Below, piece by piece: positions 31,302 through 41,992 of a stretch of 64,000 nucleotides of DNA; within the stretch, counting starts at the first letter, position 1, and each line of letters opens with the position of its first letter. Where the stretch lies: contig CBFIBM010000001.1 in the NCBI GenBank assembly GCA_965660855.1, positions 128,001 through 192,000 on the forward strand, written 5' to 3'. The position numbers and the translations under genes were made by a program. Source of the stretch: an uncultured bacterium (GTDB lineage Bacteria; Fidelibacterota; Marinisomatia; Marinisomatales; UBA1611). A model generated the notes under the pieces. The model did no database searches, was not told the DNA's origin, and saw only the letters and a program-made list of their open reading frames with translations.

Positions 31302-34300
31302 TATGTGGAGACATATTTTAAATTTCGAATTACGAATTGGTTTTAAAAAGACATCAATTATTGTCTATTTTTTAATCTTTTTTAGTCTAGCTTTTCTTAT
31401 TGTAAATGTTCTCGGTGGGGCATTTACAGGAGCTCGTATTGTAATAGGAAATGCGAATAATCATCTGAATGCACCATTAGTAATCGCTGAATTACAAACA
31501 GTGATAAGTATGATTGGAGTATTGATTTGTGCTGCAATATTTGGGAATTCAGGATATCGAGATTTTCAGTACAATACTCACTCCTTATTTTTTACAAAGC
31601 CCATAAAACCATCTGATTATTTTATTGCTCGATTTACGAGTTCTTTCATCATAAGCCTAATTATCCAAGCAGGATTTAGCCTTGGTTTATTATTTGGCTT
31701 TTTGATGCCATATCTGGATAATGAAACTTTTGGTCCATTTAATTTTTTCGCTTATTTGCATCCCTTCATGATTATGGTAATACCAAATATATTCATGGTA
31801 GGATCGCTCCTATTTACAATCGCAATACTAACACGAAGAATGTTACCTACCTACATGGCCTCTGTTGTATTGTTGTTTGGATATTTGAGTACTGGAACTT
31901 TTACAAGTGAAATTGAGACAAGGTGGATTGCTACTCTAATTGATCCTTTTGGTGGTGAAGCTATCGGTGATGCTGTTCGGTATTGGACTCAATTTGAACA
32001 AAATAATAATTTTATTCCAATAACTAAATGGCTGTTACTAAATAGAATTTTATGGATAAGTATCGGATTTGTTTTTATAATAATAGGATTATGGAAATTT
32101 GATTTTAAGCACCCAAATCCTGGGAAAGTGAAAAAAGAGAAAATCAATAAAAGTGTCCAAAAAGAACAAGCCAAATTAAAAACAATCTCCATTGCTTTTA
32201 GTCCAGTATTTGACGGGAAAACTTTATGGATTCAGTTTATAACTCAAATCCGCATTGAGATTAAACGTGCTTTTCGTGATCCCTATTTTATAGCTATTGC
32301 AGGTACTGCAGTAGGATTTTTAATCTTGAATGGTCAATCTATTGGACGTTGGAATGGCGTGAATACACTTCCTTTAACTAATGTAGTTGCAGGTTCATTA
32401 AGTGCAGCATTTTCTTTATTTATGATTATTTTAATTACATTTTATGCAGGACAAATTATTTGGAGGGAACGTGAAATAAAGGCAAACCAAATTATGGATT
32501 CTCTCCCTATACCGAACTGGATTCCAATGTTATCCAAACTAGTTGCTTTAATATTAATTCCTGGAATAATGCTATTTTTACTGATGCTTATCGGAATTGG
32601 AATACAAACATGGAAAGGTTTTTATGATTATGAATTACATCTCTATATAAAAAAGTTATTTCTTCTCGATTGGACAAACTATGCTTTATTGTGCGTTTTA
32701 GCATTTGCAATTCAGGTAATTGTAAATCATAAGTATTTAGGACATTTTGTGATGATACTTTATTTTTTATTTGGAATGTTTTCTGGCCAAATGGGACTTG
32801 ATCATACTTTATATGATTATGGTTCTGGATCTGGAGCTCCTTATTCGGATATGAATGGATTCGAGCCTTATGTTTGGAAACTTTTATGGTACAAAGCATA
32901 CTGGTTCTCTTTTGCAATATTACTAATTATAATAAGTAATCTATTTTGGAGTAGGGGCCTAACTGAAAGTTATAATACCCGTTGGAATCATAGTAAAAAA
33001 CGAGTTAATGGTTTGTTAAAAAATGGATTAATATTTTTTAGTTTTTTATTTTTAAGTATTGGAAGTTTTATTTTTTACAATACTAATATTTTAAATCAAT
33101 ATCATCAACCAAAATATTGGGATAATTTTTCTGCTGAATATGAAAAAAAGTACAAAAAATTTAATAATGTGTCTCAACCAAAAATAACAGGAGTAAGTGG
33201 AGAGGTTAACTTATTTCCCAAGGAGTCTAGATTAGAATTTTCTGGAAAATATCAGTTGAAAAATAAAACAGGAGATATTATTGATACCGTCCATTCTAAT
33301 TTTAATAGAAAGTTTCCATATGCAGTTTATTCCTGGTCAAGGAAAAATGAATTAGTAATTACTGATAGTTCCTACGGGTGGAACATGTTTGTTTTTGATC
33401 CCCCTATATTGCCAGGAGAAGAATTTTCTCTTGAATTCTCTGGATTTCAAAAACGTACTGGCTTTTCTAATAGTGGCGTCGACAGAACAGTTATTGAAAA
33501 TGGAACTATGATTTGGAGTAATCAATTATTTCCTTCGTTTGGATATAATCCTGATCGTGAATTAAGAAGTAAGCGAGTGAGAAAAAAATATGGTCTTTCA
33601 GAAAATCAGGATCCAATGTTAAAATTTGATGACATTAATGGTAATAAGGATGGTATACTGGGTAATGATGCGGACTGGGTAAATTTTGAGATGATTATTA
33701 GTACTGATTTAGATCAAATTGCTATGACCCCCGGCTATATTCAAAGAGAATGGGTCGAAAATGATAGACGTTATTTCCATTATAAAATGGATCAAAAAAT
33801 TCATAACCTTTTCGCATTTGTTTCTGCGAGGTATGAAATACTTCAAGAAACATGGAATGGTATCAGTTTAGAAGTGTATTACCATTATAAACATGATTAT
33901 AATATTGATAAAATGATGGAAGGTATGAAAAAATCATTAGAATACTATTCTGAGCTATATGGTCCATATCCTTACAAGCAATGTCGAATTCTGGAAATAC
34001 CTAGATATGCAAGTTATGCGGCCTCGTTCCCCAATACAATTCCATTTTCTGAATCAGTAGGTTTTGTTATGGACGTTGATCCTGAGGATCCAGAAGACTT
34101 AGATATGCCATTTTGGGTAACTGCACATGAAATGGGACATCAGTGGTGGCCTCATCAAGTTTCAGGAGGAAATGTGCAAGGTTCTGCTTTTTTAAGTGAA
34201 GGCTTATCTGAGTACTCTGCTGTTGCACTCTTAGCAAAAGAAAAAGGTGAAAAACAACTTAGAAAGTTTCTCAAATATGAACTGGATCAGTATTTAGAGG

Positions 34301-34953
34301 GACGGGCTTTTGAACAAAAGTATGAACCTTCAATTATCCAAGCGGAGGGACAGTCTTATATACATTATAACAAAGCAGGTTTAACTATGTATACATTGTC
34401 AGATTTTATTGGTAAAGATATTTTTAATAAAGCGCTGGGTAATTTTATTGAAAAATATAGATATAAATCAGATCCTTATCCGAATATTGGACAATTTATA
34501 AATAGTATTAGACGTGAGTCACCTGAGGATCTTCAGTATTTGATTACGGATACATTTGAAAAAATCACACTTTATGAAAATAAAGCGATAAGTGCTTCTG
34601 CTATTTTGAATAGTGACAGTACATATACCGTAGATGTTGAAGTGGAAGCAAAAAAAGTATATTCTGATAGTTTAGGAATTCAAACTAATGCAGGACTTAA
34701 TGATTGGCTAGAAATTGGTATTCTAGGAGAATTCTTAATAAATGGCAAAATAGAAGAACTCCCTATATACTTAGAAAAAGTTTTTATTACTGATTCTATC
34801 ACAGCATTTCAGGTAAATGTAAAAGAAAAGCCTGTTAAAGCAGGAATTGACCCAATGAATAAATTTGTGGATCGAGATTCAGATGATAACCTAATAAGGG
34901 TTAGTATTAATAAAACTGATTTTAATGAAAAAGAGGAAATTTTCGAAAATTAA
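31288..34953 (+). CDS. ABC-2-type double permease fused to an M1 (gluzincin) peptidase domain
   Basis: Two multi-TM halves, then a soluble domain with HEMGH..W + EGLSEY and HYNKAG. Confidence 0.87.
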   Translation: MEVNNMWRHILNFELRIGFKKTSIIVYFLIFFSLAFLIVNVLGGAFTGARIVIGNANNHLNAPLVIAELQTVISMIGVLICAAIFGNSGYRDFQYNTHSLFFTKPIKPSDYFIARFTSSFIISLIIQAGFSLGLLFGFLMPYLDNETFGPFNFFAYLHPFMIMVIPNIFMVGSLLFTIAILTRRMLPTYMASVVLLFGYLSTGTFTSEIETRWIATLIDPFGGEAIGDAVRYWTQFEQNNNFIPITKWLLLNRILWISIGFVFIIIGLWKFDFKHPNPGKVKKEKINKSVQKEQAKLKTISIAFSPVFDGKTLWIQFITQIRIEIKRAFRDPYFIAIAGTAVGFLILNGQSIGRWNGVNTLPLTNVVAGSLSAAFSLFMIILITFYAGQIIWREREIKANQIMDSLPIPNWIPMLSKLVALILIPGIMLFLLMLIGIGIQTWKGFYDYELHLYIKKLFLLDWTNYALLCVLAFAIQVIVNHKYLGHFVMILYFLFGMFSGQMGLDHTLYDYGSGSGAPYSDMNGFEPYVWKLLWYKAYWFSFAILLIIISNLFWSRGLTESYNTRWNHSKKRVNGLLKNGLIFFSFLFLSIGSFIFYNTNILNQYHQPKYWDNFSAEYEKKYKKFNNVSQPKITGVSGEVNLFPKESRLEFSGKYQLKNKTGDIIDTVHSNFNRKFPYAVYSWSRKNELVITDSSYGWNMFVFDPPILPGEEFSLEFSGFQKRTGFSNSGVDRTVIENGTMIWSNQLFPSFGYNPDRELRSKRVRKKYGLSENQDPMLKFDDINGNKDGILGNDADWVNFEMIISTDLDQIAMTPGYIQREWVENDRRYFHYKMDQKIHNLFAFVSARYEILQETWNGISLEVYYHYKHDYNIDKMMEGMKKSLEYYSELYGPYPYKQCRILEIPRYASYAASFPNTIPFSESVGFVMDVDPEDPEDLDMPFWVTAHEMGHQWWPHQVSGGNVQGSAFLSEGLSEYSAVALLAKEKGEKQLRKFLKYELDQYLEGRAFEQKYEPSIIQAEGQSYIHYNKAGLTMYTLSDFIGKDIFNKALGNFIEKYRYKSDPYPNIGQFINSIRRESPEDLQYLITDTFEKITLYENKAISASAILNSDSTYTVDVEVEAKKVYSDSLGIQTNAGLNDWLEIGILGEFLINGKIEELPIYLEKVFITDSITAFQVNVKEKPVKAGIDPMNKFVDRDSDDNLIRVSINKTDFNEKEEIFEN

Positions 34954-35196
34954 TTCGCCAAAGTCTTGAAAATGATGATATGATGTTAAATGTTCTAGAT
35001 GATACTGACCAAGGTCGAGGTCAGACAATTATAAAAAAAGAAATTGCAAAGAAATTTGGTGGTGATGTCCAAGAAAAAAACCATGAATATTGTCAATGGT
35101 GAATTTAAAAGAGAATGGCGCGGATGATAATTTTATGTTTGTAATAACTAAAAAAGATAAAACTAAAAATTTCATAAACTATATTCGTTTTTAATC

Positions 35197-36054
35197 TTGA
35201 ATCTTCTTTTCATTTTTTTTCAATATATAGTACCTCAACACCTTCTGTCTCGTTTAGTTGGCAGAATTGCTAAGAGTAATAATGTAAAAATAAAGAATGC
35301 TTTGATATCATATTTTTTAAAAAATTATGATATCAATATGCAAGAAGCTGAAGTTGAGAACGCTTTTGAATTCAAGACTTTTAATCAATTTTTTACTAGA
35401 AAATTAAAAAAAGAAGTGCGTCCAATTTCTTCAGGAAACAGTGTGGTCGTTTCACCTGCAGATGGTGTAGTTAGTCAAATTGGATTTATTAAAAACGGTG
35501 AAGTCTTCCAGGCAAAAGGGAGACGTTTTAGCTTACATGATTTTCTTGGAGGAGATAAAAAAATATCTGAAATGTTCATAAATGGCTCCTTTTCAACAAT
35601 TTATTTATCACCAAAGGACTATCATCGTATTCATATGCCATTTCCAGGAACTCTTCGGAGTATGGATTATATACCTGGAAATTTATTTTCTGTTAACCCT
35701 GTTACTGTTGAAAGTGTCGATAATCTCTTTGCTCGTAATGAGCGATTATCCTGTGTTTTTGTAACAAAGGACGGTCCTATGGCAGTAGTATTAGTGGGAG
35801 CTATGATTGTTGCTGGTATTCGAGTGATTTGGGAGAAGAATCCTTTCATAAAAAATAAAAAAATACAGCATTTTAAATACCCATTAAAAGGTCAAGGGTC
35901 TGTTCACCTTAAAAAAGGTGATGAGCTAGGACGATTTATGTTAGGCTCAACCGTAGTAATTTGTTTCCCAAAAAATAAAGTTAATTGGATTGAAGACATA
36001 CATTCAAATTCTTCTTTAAAAATGGGAGAGCCAATTGCAAAATTTGAACATTAA
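35197..36054 (+). CDS. psd: Phosphatidylserine decarboxylase proenzyme
   Basis: FNQFFTR, SPADG, YLSPKDYHRIH and the LGST self-cleavage motif. Confidence 0.95.
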   Translation: MNLLFIFFQYIVPQHLLSRLVGRIAKSNNVKIKNALISYFLKNYDINMQEAEVENAFEFKTFNQFFTRKLKKEVRPISSGNSVVVSPADGVVSQIGFIKNGEVFQAKGRRFSLHDFLGGDKKISEMFINGSFSTIYLSPKDYHRIHMPFPGTLRSMDYIPGNLFSVNPVTVESVDNLFARNERLSCVFVTKDGPMAVVLVGAMIVAGIRVIWEKNPFIKNKKIQHFKYPLKGQGSVHLKKGDELGRFMLGSTVVICFPKNKVNWIEDIHSNSSLKMGEPIAKFEH

Positions 36055-36058
36055 CCTA

Positions 36059-36886
36059 TTAGCTTAGTTTTCCATTCTTATAGTCTTCGAAAGCTTGTAG
36101 AATTTCTGTTTTTGTGTTCATAACAAATGGGCCACCTCTTGCTACTGGCTCATTCAATGGTTCTCCTCCAACTAGAATAAATTTACTATCTTCGTTCGCT
36201 TTACAATAAAAGTCTCCAGTTGATCCAAGCACTGCAAGATACCCTTTTTTTATAGATCCATTACAATAAATTTCTCCATCATAAACATAAAAAAAACTAT
36301 TCCAATTTTTGTCAATAGAAAGTCTTAACGATGAATCTTTTTCTAAGAAAATATCATAAAAAAACATTGGTGAATGCGGTTTTCCAGGACCGACTTTTCC
36401 ATCAAATGCTCCAGCTATAATTTTAACAATTCCTCCTGATATTTTCTTTTTTGGTATATTAATTGCAGGTATGTCATGATATGCTGGGTTCATCATTTTA
36501 TTCTTTTTTGGGAGATTTAACCATAATTGGAACCCGTGGATAAGACCTTCAGTTTGTTCTGGCATTTCACTGTGGATTACACCTTTACCGGCTGTCATCC
36601 ATTGTACTGAACCATCTGTTAAAAAACCTTCATTTCCTGCTGTATCTTTATGCTTAAATTTTCCATTAATCATATAAGTAATCGTTTCAAAACCTCTATG
36701 TGGATGAGGGGGAAACCCTCCAATATAATCATCTGGATTTTCACTTCCAAACTCATCAAGAAGTAGAAATGGATCCAACATATCTAACTCAGGAGATGCG
36801 ATAATACGTTTAAGGTTTACTCCAGCACCATCGCTGGTTTCTACTCCTTTTACTAGCTTTTCTACTTTTCGCAAACCGAATTTCAT
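36059..36886 (-). CDS. Pirin family protein
   Basis: DPFLLLD, HPHRGFETITY, WMTAG.GV.HSE and GPFVMN motifs. Confidence 0.95.
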   Translation of the reverse strand: MKFGLRKVEKLVKGVETSDGAGVNLKRIIASPELDMLDPFLLLDEFGSENPDDYIGGFPPHPHRGFETITYMINGKFKHKDTAGNEGFLTDGSVQWMTAGKGVIHSEMPEQTEGLIHGFQLWLNLPKKNKMMNPAYHDIPAINIPKKKISGGIVKIIAGAFDGKVGPGKPHSPMFFYDIFLEKDSSLRLSIDKNWNSFFYVYDGEIYCNGSIKKGYLAVLGSTGDFYCKANEDSKFILVGGEPLNEPVARGGPFVMNTKTEILQAFEDYKNGKLS

Positions 36887-37001
36887 TATCTAAAATAAAC
36901 AATATTTATGGTTTTTTATAAATTGATTTTTATTAACTGTTGTTAATTTTTTTGAGGTGTAATTTCAACAGTACATATAAATTAAATATAAATCACTAAA
37001 T

Positions 37002-40000
37002 ATGAGAAAAACCTTAACTATAACTCTTGCTTCCCTTATCTCAATTTGTTTTTCACAAATTATTAATGTAGGTAGTGGAAGTTACACATTAAATTTTCCA
37101 GGAACTGATGAAGCGGGGAGAAATGGTTATCCATCTGGAGAACCACAAATAACTGGTCCAGCATCATCAAAGCATCCTCCGACTAATGACTGGTGGTCAG
37201 CTCTTATAAAAAATGATCATGTAAGTAACCTTTTCAATTACCCGATGGCATTAAAGACTACAAATCAAGGATTGGTAACAAGTTACATACCATGGGGTGT
37301 GTATGATGATCAAGAGCCCATTATAGTTGGTGTTTCTGGGTTGAATTCCAGCAGGTCTAATATTTATGATTTTACAGATTGGACGGTAACCATGCAATGG
37401 AGTAATAACGGTCATAATTTTAGAGCTACTTCAGGGATTGGTATGCCATTTGTATATTATACTAAAGGGAATAGTGATGTAGCTGAGATAACTATTAATC
37501 TAGGTGATATTGTGGTTGATGATGAAAAAATTCTGGTATCTAATGCAAGAAATGATGCAGATTTTATAATTTTTGCTCCTATCGGAAGTAGTTGGGATCA
37601 GAATGGAACAAAATTTACATCAGATTTAAATGGAGAAAATTATTGGTCGCTTGTTATGATTCCTCAATCAGAAGATAATTTAAATTATTTTGCTCAAGAA
37701 TATCAAAAATATGCTTATGTATTTCCAACCAATACGATTACAAATTGGTCTTACAATCAAAGTACGTCAGAATTAATAACAGAATATTCAATTGAAGTCG
37801 ATATAAAAGAAGGATCTTTTAATCATGTTCTTCAAGGATTACTACCACATCAATGGAATAATTTAGACTCTGATTCACCAACTCCTAATGAAATAAGTTA
37901 TTCATCAGTGAGGGGAGAGTTGAAAATGCTTGATGGTAATTTTTTTAAAACAAAAAATATTTTCAAAGGAATACTACCAACTTTACCTTATTTAGCTAAT
38001 TACAGTTCTGGATTTAATCCTGCAGAGTTAGATAATAAAATTTCACAAATTCAGAATGATCAATTAGCAACTTGGACGGATTCCTATAATGAAGGACAGG
38101 TGATGAATAGATTAGTTCAAACTGCTAGGATTGCTGATCAATCTGGTGATTTTGAAGCTCGCGATATAATGGTAGAGACCATAAAAGATAGGCTAGAAGA
38201 TTGGCTTACTGCTAGTAATTCAGAGGTCGCATTCTTATTCTATTACAACTCAACATGGTCAACTTTGATTGGATATCCTGCTGGACACGGACAAGATAAC
38301 AATATAAATGATCATCATTTTCACTGGGGATATTTTATTCATGCCGCCTCTTTCATAGAGCAAATGCAACCAGGTTGGGCCCTTGAATGGGGTGATATGG
38401 TAAATGAATTGGTCTGGGATGCTGCATCTCCTTTTAGAGAGGATCCAAAATATCCCTATCTTAGAAGTTTTAGTCCATATTCTGGTCATTGTTGGGCCAA
38501 TGGGTTTGCAACATTTCCTCAAGGTAATGATCAAGAATCTACCTCTGAAAGCATGCAATTTAATTCCGCTTTAATACATTGGGGGTCATTAACTGAAAAT
38601 AATATAATTCGAGATTTAGGAATATATCTTTACGTAACTGAACAGACTGCAGTTGAGGAATATTGGTTTGATATGTATGAAAGAAATCTAAGTCCATCAC
38701 ATCCATACAGCTTAGTATCCAGAGTTTGGGGAAACTCATACGATAATGGTACATTTTGGACTAATGATATTGCAGCTTCGTACGGCATCGAATTATATCC
38801 CATTCATGGCGGTTCTCTCTATTTAGCTCACAACAGCTCATATGTAGAAACTTTGTGGGAAGAAATTTCAACCAATACTGGTATTTTAAACAATGAAGTA
38901 AATCCTAATTTATGGCATGATGTATACTGGAAGTATCTATCATTTATTGATCCAGAGACTGCAATAGAATTATACAACTCAAACCCTGATAGAGAATTGA
39001 AATTTGGTATATCAGATGCGCAGACGTATTACTGGTTACATGGGATGAATGCAGTTGGAGCATTGAGACCTGAAATTTATTCTAACTATCCAATTTCGGC
39101 TTCTTTTGATAAAGAAGGTGTATTCACCTATGTTGCTCATAATTATTCTGATGAAGAGATAACGGTTACTTTTTCTGATGGATTTCAATTAGATGTTCCA
39201 CCAAACCAAATGTCTACAAATCGTGGATCTGATATTTCTGGAATTATATCATCAGATTTCTCCCAAGCTTATGTAAATGGATCAATTAATGTAACTATTG
39301 TGTCTGATTATGAAAATATTTCAAGAGTTGAAATTTATGATGGTGAAAACCTAGCTGGAGAAACTGGAAGTTATCCATTTGAATACCGTGTTTCAAACCT
39401 ATCTCCGGGTCTACATAATATCTATGCAAAAATATTTAGTGGAAATGATTTTGGACTTACGAACATTATTAATATTCAGGTTGGTGAACAAAGTTCTTAC
39501 ACAAATGATTTTAATATAATACCAGGAATCATTGAAGCAGGGAAATATGATACTTTTGAGGGTAGTGTTGGGCAGGGTGTTACATATTTAGATATGTCTC
39601 AAGAAAATTATGGAGGATTTAGACCTCAAGAATATATAGATAGTGAGTATCGTAATAATGAAGGTGCTACTCTAGGATGGATTGATGGTGGAGAGTGGTC
39701 AGAATATAGCATTAAAGTAGAAAATGCTGGATTTTATGATATTGCATTCAGACTAGCCTCTGGAAATCCCAATGGTGGTGGTCCTTTTCATTTAGAAGTT
39801 AATAGTGAAAGATTACATGACGATATCTACATAGAATCAACTGGTGATTGGTATAACTGGATAACATACAATATAGGAGATATTCCTCTAAACCAAGGGG
39901 AGCATACACTAAGATTGGTTATGTCAAATGGTGAATTTAATATTGGTAAAATGCAATTCAGTTTTAGCGATTCTTTAAATTTTTCACCACCTGTAGCTAA

Positions 40001-41147
40001 TGCAGGTGAAGACATTGTTGTTATACTTCCAAATCAAAATGCATTTTTAGACGGATCACTTTCTTTTGATAATGATAATGATAATCTTATTTATAACTGG
40101 GCTCAAATTTACGGACCTTCGTTGGTAGCTTTTTCTAATAATTCATCAATGGATACAGATATTTCTAATTTGGAAGAGGGAGTGTATAAAATTAAGTTGA
40201 CAGTAACAGATGGCTCTTATGATTCAAGTGATTTTTTATTAGTTTTTGTTTCTGCGACATCTAATCTTGCTCCAACTGTGGTACTCGAATCTCCAAGTTC
40301 AAATTCATCATTTTATTTCGGATCAACAATATCCTTAATCGCATCAGCTTCAGATATTGATGGTGAAATTACATTGGTCGAATTTTTTAATTTTGAAAAT
40401 AAAATAGGTGAAGATTATACTCCTCCTTATCAATATGATTGGCTAGATGCAAATATTGGTGTTCAAAATATTACTGCTCATGCAACTGATGATGGTGGTC
40501 TTACTTCAATATCATCTACTATAAATATAGAAGTTTTAGAAGCACCTTTATGTACTGGTGGCCCTGATAACGGGCATTATACATATGAATTTTCGGATGA
40601 TTCTGATAATCCGACAATTACATTTATTCCTAGTGCACCGCATGTTGGTAATCCAACATGTATATTATATTATTCAACTGGTGGTACCCCACCAGGATAC
40701 AATGTTACGCCAAATGTCCCCTATCAAATTAATGCAGCAGAAGGAGATCAAATCCAATTTTATTATACATATTCTTATAATGGTTTAGATCAAAATACTT
40801 CACAAAATATGCATTCCTACATTGTCGGAAGTTGTAACACTCTTGAAAATGAACATGAAAATAATATCCCAGATCAATTTTCAATAAAAGCTTATCCAAA
40901 TCCCTTCAATCCTTCTATTAACATTGATTATTCATTAAATGAATTAACCTTTATTGACATATCCATTTATGATATAAAAGGACAATTAATTAAAAATTTA
41001 GTAAATGAAACTAAATCACCCGGTTTTTATCATTGTTCTTGGGATTCAAAAAATAATATTGGCAATAGAGTTTCGGCAGGGCTTTATCTAATAAATACTA
41101 GGACTAAACACACCTTGGAAACAAAAAAGATAATTTTAGTAAAATAA
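37002..41147 (+). CDS. GH81 endo-1,3-beta-glucanase with Ig-like, CBM6, PKD, probable CBM56-like and C-terminal sorting domains
   Basis: PTNDWWS, NDHHFHWGY, GNDQESTSE; CBM6-like GWIDGGEW.EY; PVANAG.D (PKD); AYPNPFNP. Confidence 0.9.
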   Translation: MRKTLTITLASLISICFSQIINVGSGSYTLNFPGTDEAGRNGYPSGEPQITGPASSKHPPTNDWWSALIKNDHVSNLFNYPMALKTTNQGLVTSYIPWGVYDDQEPIIVGVSGLNSSRSNIYDFTDWTVTMQWSNNGHNFRATSGIGMPFVYYTKGNSDVAEITINLGDIVVDDEKILVSNARNDADFIIFAPIGSSWDQNGTKFTSDLNGENYWSLVMIPQSEDNLNYFAQEYQKYAYVFPTNTITNWSYNQSTSELITEYSIEVDIKEGSFNHVLQGLLPHQWNNLDSDSPTPNEISYSSVRGELKMLDGNFFKTKNIFKGILPTLPYLANYSSGFNPAELDNKISQIQNDQLATWTDSYNEGQVMNRLVQTARIADQSGDFEARDIMVETIKDRLEDWLTASNSEVAFLFYYNSTWSTLIGYPAGHGQDNNINDHHFHWGYFIHAASFIEQMQPGWALEWGDMVNELVWDAASPFREDPKYPYLRSFSPYSGHCWANGFATFPQGNDQESTSESMQFNSALIHWGSLTENNIIRDLGIYLYVTEQTAVEEYWFDMYERNLSPSHPYSLVSRVWGNSYDNGTFWTNDIAASYGIELYPIHGGSLYLAHNSSYVETLWEEISTNTGILNNEVNPNLWHDVYWKYLSFIDPETAIELYNSNPDRELKFGISDAQTYYWLHGMNAVGALRPEIYSNYPISASFDKEGVFTYVAHNYSDEEITVTFSDGFQLDVPPNQMSTNRGSDISGIISSDFSQAYVNGSINVTIVSDYENISRVEIYDGENLAGETGSYPFEYRVSNLSPGLHNIYAKIFSGNDFGLTNIINIQVGEQSSYTNDFNIIPGIIEAGKYDTFEGSVGQGVTYLDMSQENYGGFRPQEYIDSEYRNNEGATLGWIDGGEWSEYSIKVENAGFYDIAFRLASGNPNGGGPFHLEVNSERLHDDIYIESTGDWYNWITYNIGDIPLNQGEHTLRLVMSNGEFNIGKMQFSFSDSLNFSPPVANAGEDIVVILPNQNAFLDGSLSFDNDNDNLIYNWAQIYGPSLVAFSNNSSMDTDISNLEEGVYKIKLTVTDGSYDSSDFLLVFVSATSNLAPTVVLESPSSNSSFYFGSTISLIASASDIDGEITLVEFFNFENKIGEDYTPPYQYDWLDANIGVQNITAHATDDGGLTSISSTINIEVLEAPLCTGGPDNGHYTYEFSDDSDNPTITFIPSAPHVGNPTCILYYSTGGTPPGYNVTPNVPYQINAAEGDQIQFYYTYSYNGLDQNTSQNMHSYIVGSCNTLENEHENNIPDQFSIKAYPNPFNPSINIDYSLNELTFIDISIYDIKGQLIKNLVNETKSPGFYHCSWDSKNNIGNRVSAGLYLINTRTKHTLETKKIILVK

Positions 41148-41157
41148 TATATAACTT

Positions 41158-41931
41158 ATTATCAATTTTTTCGAATTTCATCAATCCTTAAGTTTAGATA
41201 CTTTTCAATGGGCTCAGGTTGCTTTTTGCGCAATCGGTATTGGTATGGCAAAAACAGGGCTAGGAGGAATTGGACTTTTAGTTGTACCTATTATGGCTTC
41301 AATTTTTGGAGCTAAGTCTTCCACTGGAATTTTACTTATTATTTTAATAATTGCTGATTTTTTTGGAGTAACATATTATCATCAACATGCTGATCTTAAA
41401 AAATTAATAAAACTAATTCCAAGTACCATATTAGGTATCATATTTGCTGTTTTTATGGGTAATTATATAAATGAAAATCAATTTAAAATATTTTTAGCAT
41501 TAATTGTTTTGTTGGGAATAATTTTAATGTTTTTTAATAGTGAAAATGAAAAAAAAAATCCAAAAGAAAAGAATATATTCATAACAAGTTTTTTTGGAAT
41601 ATTAGGTGGTTTATCTACCATGATAGGGAATGCCGCTGGACCAGTAATGACAATTTATTTTTTATCAATGGGTTTTCAAAAAAATAAATTTATAGGCACA
41701 GCAGCATGGTTTTTTTTAATAGTAAATTTATTTAAAGTGCCTTTTCATTTTATATTCTGGAATACGATAAACTTTCAAATATTATTTTTTGGAATTTCGT
41801 GTCTACCTCTAATAGTGATTGGTGCTTACTCTGGAATATTTATTGTAAAGAGAATACCTGAAAACCCATACAGGTTATTTTTAATAGTATCAGTTGTATT
41901 ATCTGCTTTGAAATTAATATTTATATTTTAA
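41158..41931 (+). CDS. TauE/SafE (TSUP) family transporter
   Basis: GMAKTGLGG and TMIGNAAGP motifs. Frame is open upstream of ATG 41245 to 41155, so the start is uncertain. Confidence 0.82.
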   Translation: MINFFEFHQSLSLDTFQWAQVAFCAIGIGMAKTGLGGIGLLVVPIMASIFGAKSSTGILLIILIIADFFGVTYYHQHADLKKLIKLIPSTILGIIFAVFMGNYINENQFKIFLALIVLLGIILMFFNSENEKKNPKEKNIFITSFFGILGGLSTMIGNAAGPVMTIYFLSMGFQKNKFIGTAAWFFLIVNLFKVPFHFIFWNTINFQILFFGISCLPLIVIGAYSGIFIVKRIPENPYRLFLIVSVVLSALKLIFIF

Positions 41932-41992
41932 TTATTACTTTATTCAAAATGTGAAGTGAAATATTTAATTATATTTAAAAAATGAAAGAACA

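Noticed and set aside
35091..35108. C-Q-W-TGA as a CxxU selenoprotein motif
   Set aside because: A TAA follows one codon later, there is no SECIS-like hairpin and no recognisable fold.
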